64,000 bases of DNA from IMG/VR virus record IMGVR_UViG_3300032167_000010; one strand, 5' to 3'. The notes below the pieces were generated by a model that saw only the letters and a program-made list of their open reading frames with translations, had not been told where the DNA came from and ran no database searches. Positions 1 through 9,457 of this stretch are shown here, piece after piece. Source of the stretch: a virus. Lineage: Duplodnaviria; Heunggongvirae; Uroviricota; Caudoviricetes. A program made the translations under genes and the position numbers. Position 1 is the first letter of the stretch. Each line of letters begins with the position of its first letter.

Positions 1-2
1 AA

Positions 3-3000
3 ATACGTCAAGAAATTTTAGAGGCTGCCACAGGGTTAACTAGCGCAATAGAAGCACTAGAAAAGCGCTTTATAGGCGAAGACGGCGAGATGGGCGACGG
101 TAAAGAATCTGTTGTTGGTAGCTTGCAGAAGCAGATAGCAGCGCTTGAAACTGACACAAATTCCAAGTTTGCTGACGTTCAGGCTGAGACCAATAATATT
201 AGCACCGAAATGCAAAATCTTATGTCTTATACTTCCGATAATTTTAACCCAGAAGTAGAAGGCTCTTTCGCAAATACTTTAATAAAAAATATCAGTTCAA
301 CCAATGATGCACTGCAATCTGAAATTAATACTAATAAAGGTTATATTAAATCATTACAGGGAGATATTACTTCAGCACATAATCAAGCAGCTAGCGCGCA
401 AACTGCAGTCCTAGACATTCAAGCCAGCGTCACAGACCTTAGTAAGGACCTACAAAGTCTAAGTGAAGAAACTGCTGGTGAATTTACTGAGATTAATGAA
501 ATTATAGCTAACAACAAGTCTATAGCTGAAGCAGATATAGCTGAAGTTAACAAAACTATTGAGACTTTAGATCAGCATATTACCGATACTAACAAAAGTA
601 TAGAGGTACAGGCTAATCGTATTGATACTCTTATAGCCCTACCCGACGGAAGCACTACTGCAGATGCAGAACTTATTGATATTAGAAATGGATACAGTGG
701 TGAAATTTACACTTCGGCCGGTGCAGCAGTTAGAGCTGTTGGCAATGATATCAAAGCACTTAGAGATAGTCTATCTCAATATATAGATACTCAAGCTATA
801 GACGGTTTACACTATGACCTTACTGGTGAAATAGATCAACAACGTCCTTATACGCTTTATTTGACAGCTAACAAAGAGGTTATTCCAGAATCTGGCGTAC
901 AAATTATAAGCGGAGCAGGCGGTGGCGGTGGCGGTGGAGGTAGTGTAAGCTCTCTCAAGATTAGTTATATAACTACGTCTCCTGTCATTACCACGGTTAA
1001 TGATACAACAAAACTATTATTTACATTTTCAGGCACAGACTCTTCTGGTGATATTGTTCAGGAAGCTTCTGCAACTTGGAAGGTTAATAATGTTGTAGTT
1101 GCCTATGGTATAGTTAAAGATGGTGGAAACGAGTTTGACATAACAAAGCATCTATCAGTTGGTACTAATAAAGTCTTTTTATTAGTTACAGATGATAATG
1201 GTAATACTGTTACCAAAACATGGACAGTTGAGCAGAAAGAACTTTTAATTAGTTCAGCCTTTAATGATAAAATTACATACGCGTCAGGCGAAGAAATTGT
1301 TTTTACATATACACCAGAAGGCGCTGTGGATAAAACTGCAAAATTTAAATTAGATGGTATAGAATTGCCTAGTAGTACGCTTACAGCAGATATATCTGGT
1401 ATACCACGTCAGTATAGAATACCAGCACAAGAACACGGTTCACACCTACTTGAAGTTTATTTAGAGGCTGAGATAAATGGTAGTACTATTACATCTAATT
1501 GCATAACAAAGGATATCTTAGTATATAATGCCGATAGTAAGCTGCCAATAATTGGTACATCTGTACATAATTTTAATATTAAACAGTATTCAACTGTAAA
1601 TATTCTTTATACTGTTTATGATCCTAAGTCAGAAATGCCTATTGTTGAAATAGAAGTAGATGGTGTTAACGTTTCTACCGTAGAAATTAAAGCAAATCCT
1701 GAATACAATAATACTCCTACTGGTGTTTATTCTTATACTGGTGTTGAAGCTGGACGTCACACTATTAAAATTATTTGTGTAAACCAAATCAAAACGGTTT
1801 ATGTTGATGTTGAAAAACTTGATATTACTATAGCTCCAGTAACTGCTGGATTAGCTTTTGACTTTAATCCAGTAGGCCGAAATAATAATGATAGTGCTAA
1901 CCGTTTATGGAGCTATAATGATGTTCACATGACAGTTTCAGATAATTTTGACTGGATAAATGGCGGCTATCGTGTCGAAGACGGAGAACCATGTTTCTGT
2001 ATTAAAGCAGGTTCGACAGCAACAATTGATTATAAACTTTTTGCTGATGACGCTAAGAAATATGGCAAGGAATTTAAATTAATTTTCAAGACAAAAAATG
2101 TCGCTAATCCTGACTCAATATTTTTATCATGTATTGATAATACAACAGACAGGGACCATATTGGTATTGAAATGGGAGTTCATAATGCTAATATTTATGG
2201 ACAAAATGGTAGTTTAGAATTAGCATATTCTGAAGAAGATCTTATAGAATTTGAATTTAATATTTCTAGTGATACTGAAAAAGTGCCAATGGTTATGGGC
2301 TATGAAGATGGTGTACCAAGCCGTCCAATGGTATATGATAATAACTACAATTTTAAACAAAATACAGCAAAAGATATTACTATTGGATCTCCTGACTGTG
2401 ATGTTTATATTTATAGGTTTAAAGTATATAATAACTCATTAACAAATATTGATATTCTAAATAACTTTATAGCGGATGCACGAACAGCAGAGGAGATGGT
2501 TGATAGATATAATAGAAATCAAATATATGATGAAAATCATAAACTAACTCCTGAAGTACTTGCTGAAAAATGTCCTTGGTTAAGAGTTTATAAACTTTCT
2601 GCTCCGCACTTTACTAACAATAAGAGCGATAAAGTGTCGAATACAAAAATTCAGCAGATATATAAAAATGGAGACCCTGTTAAAGATAATTGGGTTTGCT
2701 ATAATGCGCAGCATAGTGGCCAAGGTACTAGCTCTAATGACTATGGCGCGGCGGGACGAAATCTTGATTTTATCATGAATAAGTCAAACTCGTATTTTGA
2801 GTTCAGTGATGGCTCAACGGCTAGAACAATAACTTTGACTAGAACCTCTGTTCCGGTTGCTTATTTGAATGCAAAAGTAAATATTGCTTCATCTAATAAC
2901 TTAACAAACGCTATGTTGGCGAATAGATATAACAAATTTAATCCTTATAGAAGACCTTTCATTGCACGTGAAGGAGTTAACACGGACTTTATTAAGGATA

Positions 3001-6000
3001 CTATGGAGTTCCATAACTGTGTAATATTTATTCAAGAAACTGACCCTGACCTATCAACTCACAGAGAGTTTGCTGACACCGACTGGCATTTTTATGCTAT
3101 TGGTAATATTGGTGACTCTAAGAAAACAGATAACACTCGTCTTACAGACCCTAATGATAGATATGAATGCTGTGTTGAAATTATGGACGTAGAACTTCCG
3201 CTATCAGATTTCCCAGTAGATACAATGATAGATGCAATGGGATACAAAGAGGATGAAACTACTCACGAAAGAACTTATATTTGGGCAAAAGACGAAAATT
3301 TAGATAAATTGTATGAATTGGAAGGTGAATTCGTAAAAACTGAAGATACTGAAGTCATACGAAATAAAGCTTACTATACTTATAATGCGGCTACAGACAC
3401 GTACAAGTGCGTTGCTTATCCAAGTAAAAATAATTTAATTAATTTATATGAATTACGTGGCGATTATGTGCTTACAACAGATATAAAGGTAGACCTAACT
3501 AAAAAATATTATATTGATATTCTTGAACACGACGACTTTAGTGAGGATTTTACTTATGGTTGGCGTTATATTTCAGATGATGAAGACCCAGATGTAGTAA
3601 ATACCTGCAAACAAGCTTGGATTGATTTCTATAGATTTGTTACTACTTCAACTGATGAAGAGTTTAAAGCAAACTTGAAAAATTATTTTGTTATTGATTC
3701 TGCTTTATATTATTATTTATTTACTTTAAGATATTGCATGGTAGATAACCGCGCAAAAAATACCTTCTGGCACTATGGTAAAGCTGCTGATGGAACTCAC
3801 AAATGGGACCTTTGCTGGGACTATGATAACGATACTTCACTAGGGTTAAATAACTATGGTAAACAAGTGTATAGATATGGTTTGGAAGATACAGATGTAG
3901 ACGCCGTTGGTGAAGAAGTATTTAGAGAGATGGACAGCACATTTTTCTGCAAAGTGCGTGACTGTTTCCGAGATGAGTTAAAAACTATGTATAATACACT
4001 AGAGTCTCAAAATGCTTGGCATGCTGAAAGCTTTATTAAAGCTTGTGATGATTGGCAAAATGAATTCCCAGAAGAGCTATGGAGACTTGATATTGATAGA
4101 AAGTATATTAGAACATACACTGGATCATTTATAAATGGAAAAGGTGCTGCACAATTCCTTGTTAATATGTCTAATGGTAAAATGAAGTACCACCGTAGAC
4201 AGTGGGAAAGAAGCCAAGAACAGTACATGGCATCTAAATATCAAACATCGACTGCTGGGGAAGACAGCTCAGTACTTAGATGTTCTGTGCCGACAGGAGA
4301 CTTAGCTGTTCAGCCTAATTACAGACTTAAACTTACACCTTATGCGTATATATATTTAAACGTAAAATATGGTACTAATAGTCCAATTCAAGTTAGAGCT
4401 GTTCCAAATGAAGAATTTGAAATTCCATTTACTGGCACTGGTGCTGATATTATTGGTATATATAGTTCATCGTTAATACAAGACTTCGGTGATTTATCAA
4501 CATGTTATGCAACTACAGCTGATACGGCTAAGGCATCTAGAATTAGAAAACTCACTTTAGGTAATGACACTGCTGGATATATTAACCCTGGTTTCACAAC
4601 CCTGACAACCGGAGCTAACCCACTATTAGAAGAATTAAATGTAGAGAATGTAACAGGATTAACGCGATCTTTAGACTTACGTGAACTTATAAATCTTAAA
4701 AGAGTTTATGCTTTTGGCACGAATATTCCTGGAGCTTTATTTGCAGATGGTGGCAAACTAGAATATGTAGAACTTCCTAATGTAACAACAATAAATTTAA
4801 GAAATTTAAGTTATTTAGGTAATGATGGACTTGTACTAGAAAGTTATGACGATGTCGTAGACCTCGTTGTTGAGAACTGTCCTTTAATTAATAAAATTGA
4901 CTTACTTGATAATTGTGTTAATCTTAAAAGACTTAGATTAACTGACATTAACTTCGGTGATATTGAGTATGATGATTTTGCAGAAAAGTTTTTTGGACTC
5001 GGTGGTTTATCTTCTTCAGGTGCTGACCTTGCTAATGCTTATATATCAGGTACATGTCACATAAACAGTCTTACTGGTGAGCAGTACAGTAATTTAAATA
5101 CAAGGTATCCAGAGCTCGATATTGGGTTTGGCACACTAACATCGAAAGTTACGTTTAAATACTTAAATTCTGATGGCAGTGTTGGACAAGAGCTACATAC
5201 TGCTACTGTTGTAAGTAACAATTCTATACTTAATAGTTGTCCAGACCCAGAGCTTACTGTGCCTACATGGCCAGAAAATGATGCGTTTAAGTATGTACAT
5301 GTCGGTTGGTCAAGTACTAAACAAATTAGTAAGGGTGTAAATGACCACGAAGAGGACTATAAAGAATACTTAGAGGAAGATGCTTTACTAAACATAGCAG
5401 GTGATCGCGTATTATACCCAGTATTTAAAGCAGATAGAAAAAGCTATACTGTTTGGTTTACAAATCCTACAGCCAGTGAAGGGACATCTGACTATTTGTT
5501 AAAAACATTTACAATTCCTTATGGTAGTAATGTTAACTACTACACACCATATAATAATCTTGATGAATATTTAGCGGCAGGAATGCCTGTACCTAGTAAA
5601 CTAGATTCAAATGATCCTAGTCTATATGCTTTTACTGGTTGGTACCCTGAATCAACTGTAATACTTGGTGAAACAACCTATAAAGCCCAATTTACTTTTT
5701 TAGATGAAAAGTGGTATGAGCTTAAGAATAGTGAGCTATTTAATCCAAAATATAGTATTTCAGCAGGAACTATGACATTTGACGCATATATGAATACAAA
5801 TAATATAGCAGTTAAGGTTCCCGACACAATATCTTCAAATGGAGTTGATTGTAAAGTAGTTGGCCTTGGATTTTATTACAACACAACTGATATAAAATAT
5901 GAGCATACAGACCTAGAGTTTGTCAGATTACCGAGTCACTTGAAAGAAATATTTGCAAATGGTTTTAAAAACTGTAGCAGTTTAGCTGAAATTGAATTAC

Positions 6001-6809
6001 CAGAATCAGTACAACGTATTGGTAGAAGTGCTTTCCAAGGCTGTAATAAGTTAAAAACAGTACATATTCCGGCGAACGTACAAAATATAAGTGATGCAGC
6101 TTTTGCTGATTGCTTGAGATTGACAAGGTTCTCCGTAGATAGTGCTAATAAAAACTTTATTGGTAATGAAAATTATTTGGTAGATACTAAAAATCGTAAA
6201 TTTTTACAGGGTATTACTGGAGAAATTCCAGCAGACTACACTTTAAGTAGTTTAGGACAAAACTGTTTCTCAAACACTGGAATTGAGGCAGTTAATGTTC
6301 CAGAAGGTATTACTACTATTGGTTCAAATGCTTTTAGTCGTTGCTCTTATTTATGTGAGGTAACGTTACCAAGTACACTTACATCAATTGGTGCTACTTG
6401 CTTCAGCTGGTGTGGTAGTTTAGAGAGCATAACGTTGCCTGAGAGTTTAGAAGAACTGCCAACTTATGCATTTAATGAGTGCGCTTTGCGTGAAATTACA
6501 ATACCGACAGCGGTTGGAGTTGTTAGGGATAGAGCTTTTGGGTACATGCCAAGCTTACAAAAAGTAGTTTTCAATGTGGGACTGGATGGTGACGGTAATA
6601 TAAAAATACCACAAATTCACAAACAAGCATTTTTATCTTCTGGCACGGCGGCTAATCACGTAAAATTCTACGTGCCTTGGTCTAAAACTCAACACGAACA
6701 AAAATTCGAGGGTTTTGATAAAGAAGGTAATGCTTTAGATCCATTCTTTGGCGCTGTTGGTGTTACTTATGACGATTTTGTGTTTAATTACGTAGAGGAG
6801 GTAGAATAA
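3..6809 (+). CDS. Very large virion/tail-associated protein (5'-truncated): coiled coil, poly-Gly hinge, beta-rich domains, CotH-kinase-like segment, C-terminal BspA LRRs
   Basis: Frame is open from the window edge (first ATG at 90). Contains GGGGGGGGS, DNRAKN..WDYDND and LPSTLTSIG-type repeats. Confidence 0.75.
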   Translation: MRQEILEAATGLTSAIEALEKRFIGEDGEMGDGKESVVGSLQKQIAALETDTNSKFADVQAETNNISTEMQNLMSYTSDNFNPEVEGSFANTLIKNISSTNDALQSEINTNKGYIKSLQGDITSAHNQAASAQTAVLDIQASVTDLSKDLQSLSEETAGEFTEINEIIANNKSIAEADIAEVNKTIETLDQHITDTNKSIEVQANRIDTLIALPDGSTTADAELIDIRNGYSGEIYTSAGAAVRAVGNDIKALRDSLSQYIDTQAIDGLHYDLTGEIDQQRPYTLYLTANKEVIPESGVQIISGAGGGGGGGGSVSSLKISYITTSPVITTVNDTTKLLFTFSGTDSSGDIVQEASATWKVNNVVVAYGIVKDGGNEFDITKHLSVGTNKVFLLVTDDNGNTVTKTWTVEQKELLISSAFNDKITYASGEEIVFTYTPEGAVDKTAKFKLDGIELPSSTLTADISGIPRQYRIPAQEHGSHLLEVYLEAEINGSTITSNCITKDILVYNADSKLPIIGTSVHNFNIKQYSTVNILYTVYDPKSEMPIVEIEVDGVNVSTVEIKANPEYNNTPTGVYSYTGVEAGRHTIKIICVNQIKTVYVDVEKLDITIAPVTAGLAFDFNPVGRNNNDSANRLWSYNDVHMTVSDNFDWINGGYRVEDGEPCFCIKAGSTATIDYKLFADDAKKYGKEFKLIFKTKNVANPDSIFLSCIDNTTDRDHIGIEMGVHNANIYGQNGSLELAYSEEDLIEFEFNISSDTEKVPMVMGYEDGVPSRPMVYDNNYNFKQNTAKDITIGSPDCDVYIYRFKVYNNSLTNIDILNNFIADARTAEEMVDRYNRNQIYDENHKLTPEVLAEKCPWLRVYKLSAPHFTNNKSDKVSNTKIQQIYKNGDPVKDNWVCYNAQHSGQGTSSNDYGAAGRNLDFIMNKSNSYFEFSDGSTARTITLTRTSVPVAYLNAKVNIASSNNLTNAMLANRYNKFNPYRRPFIAREGVNTDFIKDTMEFHNCVIFIQETDPDLSTHREFADTDWHFYAIGNIGDSKKTDNTRLTDPNDRYECCVEIMDVELPLSDFPVDTMIDAMGYKEDETTHERTYIWAKDENLDKLYELEGEFVKTEDTEVIRNKAYYTYNAATDTYKCVAYPSKNNLINLYELRGDYVLTTDIKVDLTKKYYIDILEHDDFSEDFTYGWRYISDDEDPDVVNTCKQAWIDFYRFVTTSTDEEFKANLKNYFVIDSALYYYLFTLRYCMVDNRAKNTFWHYGKAADGTHKWDLCWDYDNDTSLGLNNYGKQVYRYGLEDTDVDAVGEEVFREMDSTFFCKVRDCFRDELKTMYNTLESQNAWHAESFIKACDDWQNEFPEELWRLDIDRKYIRTYTGSFINGKGAAQFLVNMSNGKMKYHRRQWERSQEQYMASKYQTSTAGEDSSVLRCSVPTGDLAVQPNYRLKLTPYAYIYLNVKYGTNSPIQVRAVPNEEFEIPFTGTGADIIGIYSSSLIQDFGDLSTCYATTADTAKASRIRKLTLGNDTAGYINPGFTTLTTGANPLLEELNVENVTGLTRSLDLRELINLKRVYAFGTNIPGALFADGGKLEYVELPNVTTINLRNLSYLGNDGLVLESYDDVVDLVVENCPLINKIDLLDNCVNLKRLRLTDINFGDIEYDDFAEKFFGLGGLSSSGADLANAYISGTCHINSLTGEQYSNLNTRYPELDIGFGTLTSKVTFKYLNSDGSVGQELHTATVVSNNSILNSCPDPELTVPTWPENDAFKYVHVGWSSTKQISKGVNDHEEDYKEYLEEDALLNIAGDRVLYPVFKADRKSYTVWFTNPTASEGTSDYLLKTFTIPYGSNVNYYTPYNNLDEYLAAGMPVPSKLDSNDPSLYAFTGWYPESTVILGETTYKAQFTFLDEKWYELKNSELFNPKYSISAGTMTFDAYMNTNNIAVKVPDTISSNGVDCKVVGLGFYYNTTDIKYEHTDLEFVRLPSHLKEIFANGFKNCSSLAEIELPESVQRIGRSAFQGCNKLKTVHIPANVQNISDAAFADCLRLTRFSVDSANKNFIGNENYLVDTKNRKFLQGITGEIPADYTLSSLGQNCFSNTGIEAVNVPEGITTIGSNAFSRCSYLCEVTLPSTLTSIGATCFSWCGSLESITLPESLEELPTYAFNECALREITIPTAVGVVRDRAFGYMPSLQKVVFNVGLDGDGNIKIPQIHKQAFLSSGTAANHVKFYVPWSKTQHEQKFEGFDKEGNALDPFFGAVGVTYDDFVFNYVEEVE

Positions 6810-7489
6810 TGTATAAAATTATACTCAATGGAAAAGTTATTGATGCTGTAAAAGTACCTCATTTCTTTAGAGTATTGCCTACCGGACATATTACTTTTAC
6901 CGATAAAACTTCTGCTCATGGCATAATAGGGTCTAATAATAAGACCCTATATGCGTTCATCCCTTTGCCTAATAAAGAATTAGATATAGTTACTATTGAA
7001 GAAATTACTTTAAATGAATTTGATAGTTTAAATATTGTACTAAAATCAGGCTACGCAGATAATTCTAATTTAACAAAAGCAAAACAAAATACTATAGAGC
7101 GTATCTCAAACTTATGCAAAAGCAAAATAACTGATGGATTTTCAGTAAAGTTGTCTGATGGTAAAAAATATGACTTTATGCTAACTATAGAAGACCAACT
7201 CAACTTATTAGCAATAGAAAATGAACTAAAAACAGACACAGAGCATTTTCTTTATCATGCAGCTGGTCAACAATGTAAATTTTTCTCACGTGAAGATATG
7301 TCTAAAGTTATATCAGCTTTTAGAAAACATGTTTTGTATCACACAACTTATTTTAATATAGCTAAGCAATATATAAATTCACTAACAGAGTTAGAGCCAA
7401 TAAATAAGTTTACTTATGGTATAGACGTGTCAAGTGCTACAACTGATCCTGTTATAAAGCAAATCCTTAAAAACGGAGGTAACTTATAA
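6809..7489 (+). CDS. Phage tail-associated protein (DUF4376-like C-terminal half)
   Basis: 226 aa, translationally coupled to the upstream gene; the EDQLNL..LYHA motif resembles fibre-associated proteins. Confidence 0.5.
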   Translation: MYKIILNGKVIDAVKVPHFFRVLPTGHITFTDKTSAHGIIGSNNKTLYAFIPLPNKELDIVTIEEITLNEFDSLNIVLKSGYADNSNLTKAKQNTIERISNLCKSKITDGFSVKLSDGKKYDFMLTIEDQLNLLAIENELKTDTEHFLYHAAGQQCKFFSREDMSKVISAFRKHVLYHTTYFNIAKQYINSLTELEPINKFTYGIDVSSATTDPVIKQILKNGGNL

Positions 7490-7761
7490 TGAAAGAGCCA
7501 AATATGAGAGCTAGGGTCAGCCAGCTACACAAAACCGAAGCTGAGTGGAATAGATTATCGAGTTTTATTCCGGCTTCTGGTGAATTTATAGTATTTGATC
7601 CGGATTCTAACTATCCTTATGCTAGATTAAAAGTTGGTGATGGAAATACTAAATTAAAAGATCTTCCATTTTTTATTAGCTCAGCAGTAAATGCCTATGC
7701 TAAAGAACATAGACTTAATGAAATGATAGATGCCGGACGTATAACAGATTATAAACAATAA
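7489..7761 (+). CDS. Stand-alone Mtd_N-like fibre attachment domain protein
   Basis: TEAEW..GEFIVFD..RLKVGDG..LKDLPF motif. Confidence 0.65.
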   Translation: MKEPNMRARVSQLHKTEAEWNRLSSFIPASGEFIVFDPDSNYPYARLKVGDGNTKLKDLPFFISSAVNAYAKEHRLNEMIDAGRITDYKQ

Positions 7762-7772
7762 AATTAAAAAGT

Positions 7773-7820
7773 CCTAGATTAGATTTATTAAAAATTTCTA
7801 GTCTAGGCTTTATTTTTATT
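7773..7820 (+). terminator. Intrinsic terminator
   Basis: CCTAGATTAGA/TCTAGTCTAGG stem followed by a T-rich tract. Confidence 0.65.
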
Positions 7821-7821
7821 T

Positions 7822-7830
7822 GCTAAATTA
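7822..7830 (+). promoter_or_regulatory. GCTAAATTA motif, putative phage late promoter (representative copy)
   Basis: Intergenic copies at 7822, 22091, 26814, 35583, 38880, 48886 and 60658, plus a variant at 32572; mostly upstream of structural or lysis genes. Confidence 0.55.
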
Positions 7831-7928
7831 AATGACATTAAAAATTAAATATTTAGGTTAAGCCTGAAATGATGGTTAACCTTGTGTCCAAAAATTTGAA
7901 AAGATAATTTTAAAGGAGACCTTATATT

Positions 7929-7997
7929 ATGCTTATTAAGCTCGATTATTTTGAGAAGCCATTATTTAATTATCTAAATTTTTGGCACCTAAAATAA
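7929..7997 (+). CDS. Putative 22-aa leader peptide MLIKLDYFEKPLFNYLNFWHLK
   Basis: AAGGAG RBS; lies within a long-range hairpin. Confidence 0.3.
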   Translation: MLIKLDYFEKPLFNYLNFWHLK

Positions 7998-8041
7998 CGA
8001 GTTTATTTTTATTTATAAAATATTAAAAGGAGTTTACTATT

Positions 8042-9067
8042 TTGGCTACAACCGAAAATTTACTTAATTTAAAAATTCACAAAGTAACACAAGACACTTA
8101 CGACGCAGCAAAAGAGGCAAACACTCTTGATGAGTCTGCTCTTTATTTAGTTCCAGAGAAAATTACTGATGCTGACGTAGAATTAAGTGGAAAATTTACT
8201 ATAACACAAGACTTTGGCTACTATAAGATTCCTTCTGGTCAAAACTCTACTGAAATTGGTGCAGTAGGTCAAAGCCTTCATGCTTTTCTCCAAGGTGCGT
8301 TTGCACAGGAAGATAAAACTGTATTTAGCCGCACTCCTTATTGTAATATTAGCATATCAGGGGGCAGTTATGAGATTGGTTCTACTGTAGCTCCGTCGGC
8401 TTCTTGGTCAACAAATGCTGGAACTTATAAATGGGGTACATATAGTAGTGGCGCGGCAAATTTTGCAGAGAAGTCAACTGGTATAACCTATAAAGATAGT
8501 AATGGAAATAGTCTCGAATCTGGAGATATTAATCTTAGTAATACACGTTTTGTAATAGGTGAAAGTGCTATTATTGTTACTGCAACTGGTACCGCTAAAA
8601 GAAGCGCAGTAACAAATTATCCTTGTAGCAATTTAGGCTTAGATATAACTAGTGAACTTCTACCTGAGTATAAGTCTGAACAATCTTTATCAGTAAGTCA
8701 AACTGCTACCTTTACTAGCTATAGAAAAGGATTTTACGGTGCATTAACGTCTAAGACCAGCGCAATAAATTCAACATTAATTCGTGGGCTGTCTGAGAGC
8801 ACTTCAAGTACTCCAACTAGTGGCAATAGCTGGGAATTATACATTCCAATTGGAACTGTTAGGGTAATATTCGCTTATCCTGCAACATTACAAGATGTAA
8901 GCTCAGTAATAGATAGTGCTACTTCATATGATATTAAACCATCTTTTACAAAACAAACGATTAGCGTAGATGGTGCAAGTGCGGGGTACTCTACTAACTA
9001 TAAGGTATATGTTAGCGATTTCGCTAAGGCGACTACTGAAGCAAATACTTATACAATAACTATTTAA
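8042..9067 (+). CDS. Virion structural protein (Ser/Thr-rich, beta-rich)
   Basis: 341 aa, TTG start with AAGGAG RBS; the C-terminal domain resembles that of 12533..13765. Confidence 0.55.
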   Translation: MATTENLLNLKIHKVTQDTYDAAKEANTLDESALYLVPEKITDADVELSGKFTITQDFGYYKIPSGQNSTEIGAVGQSLHAFLQGAFAQEDKTVFSRTPYCNISISGGSYEIGSTVAPSASWSTNAGTYKWGTYSSGAANFAEKSTGITYKDSNGNSLESGDINLSNTRFVIGESAIIVTATGTAKRSAVTNYPCSNLGLDITSELLPEYKSEQSLSVSQTATFTSYRKGFYGALTSKTSAINSTLIRGLSESTSSTPTSGNSWELYIPIGTVRVIFAYPATLQDVSSVIDSATSYDIKPSFTKQTISVDGASAGYSTNYKVYVSDFAKATTEANTYTITI

Positions 9068-9078
9068 GGAGAAATAAA

Positions 9079-9375
9079 ATGGCAAATAGCTATGAAAAAA
9101 TAAATAATTTGGTTGCATTGCCCGTATCTTTTAATCCACAAACAGCCTTCCCTCTTGACGCAAGGTCTATGTTTGGTAGCTTAGCTGAAGCACAAGCAGC
9201 CGCCGCTACTGCTAAAAATGCGGGTTCTAGTGAGACAGTTTATTACTATGGACAAATAATTACTGTATTTGAAAATGATATTAGTACAGTTTATGTAATA
9301 CAAGGTGATGGCACACTAAAAACTGTTGGCCAATCATTAAAAGTAGAACCAGAGTTTTTTGAGTCTATATATTAA
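9079..9375 (+). CDS. Small fibre/head-decoration-like protein
   Basis: 98 aa with RBS; FPLDAR..YYYGQIITV motif typical of phage fibre N-termini. Confidence 0.45.
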   Translation: MANSYEKINNLVALPVSFNPQTAFPLDARSMFGSLAEAQAAAATAKNAGSSETVYYYGQIITVFENDISTVYVIQGDGTLKTVGQSLKVEPEFFESIY

Positions 9376-9457
9376 TAAATAAGAACTAAGGTAAAAAAAT
9401 AATGAAAAACTATAAAAATTTAAATAAAATAGTTTTTGGTATTAGAGGTGGTAGGTA

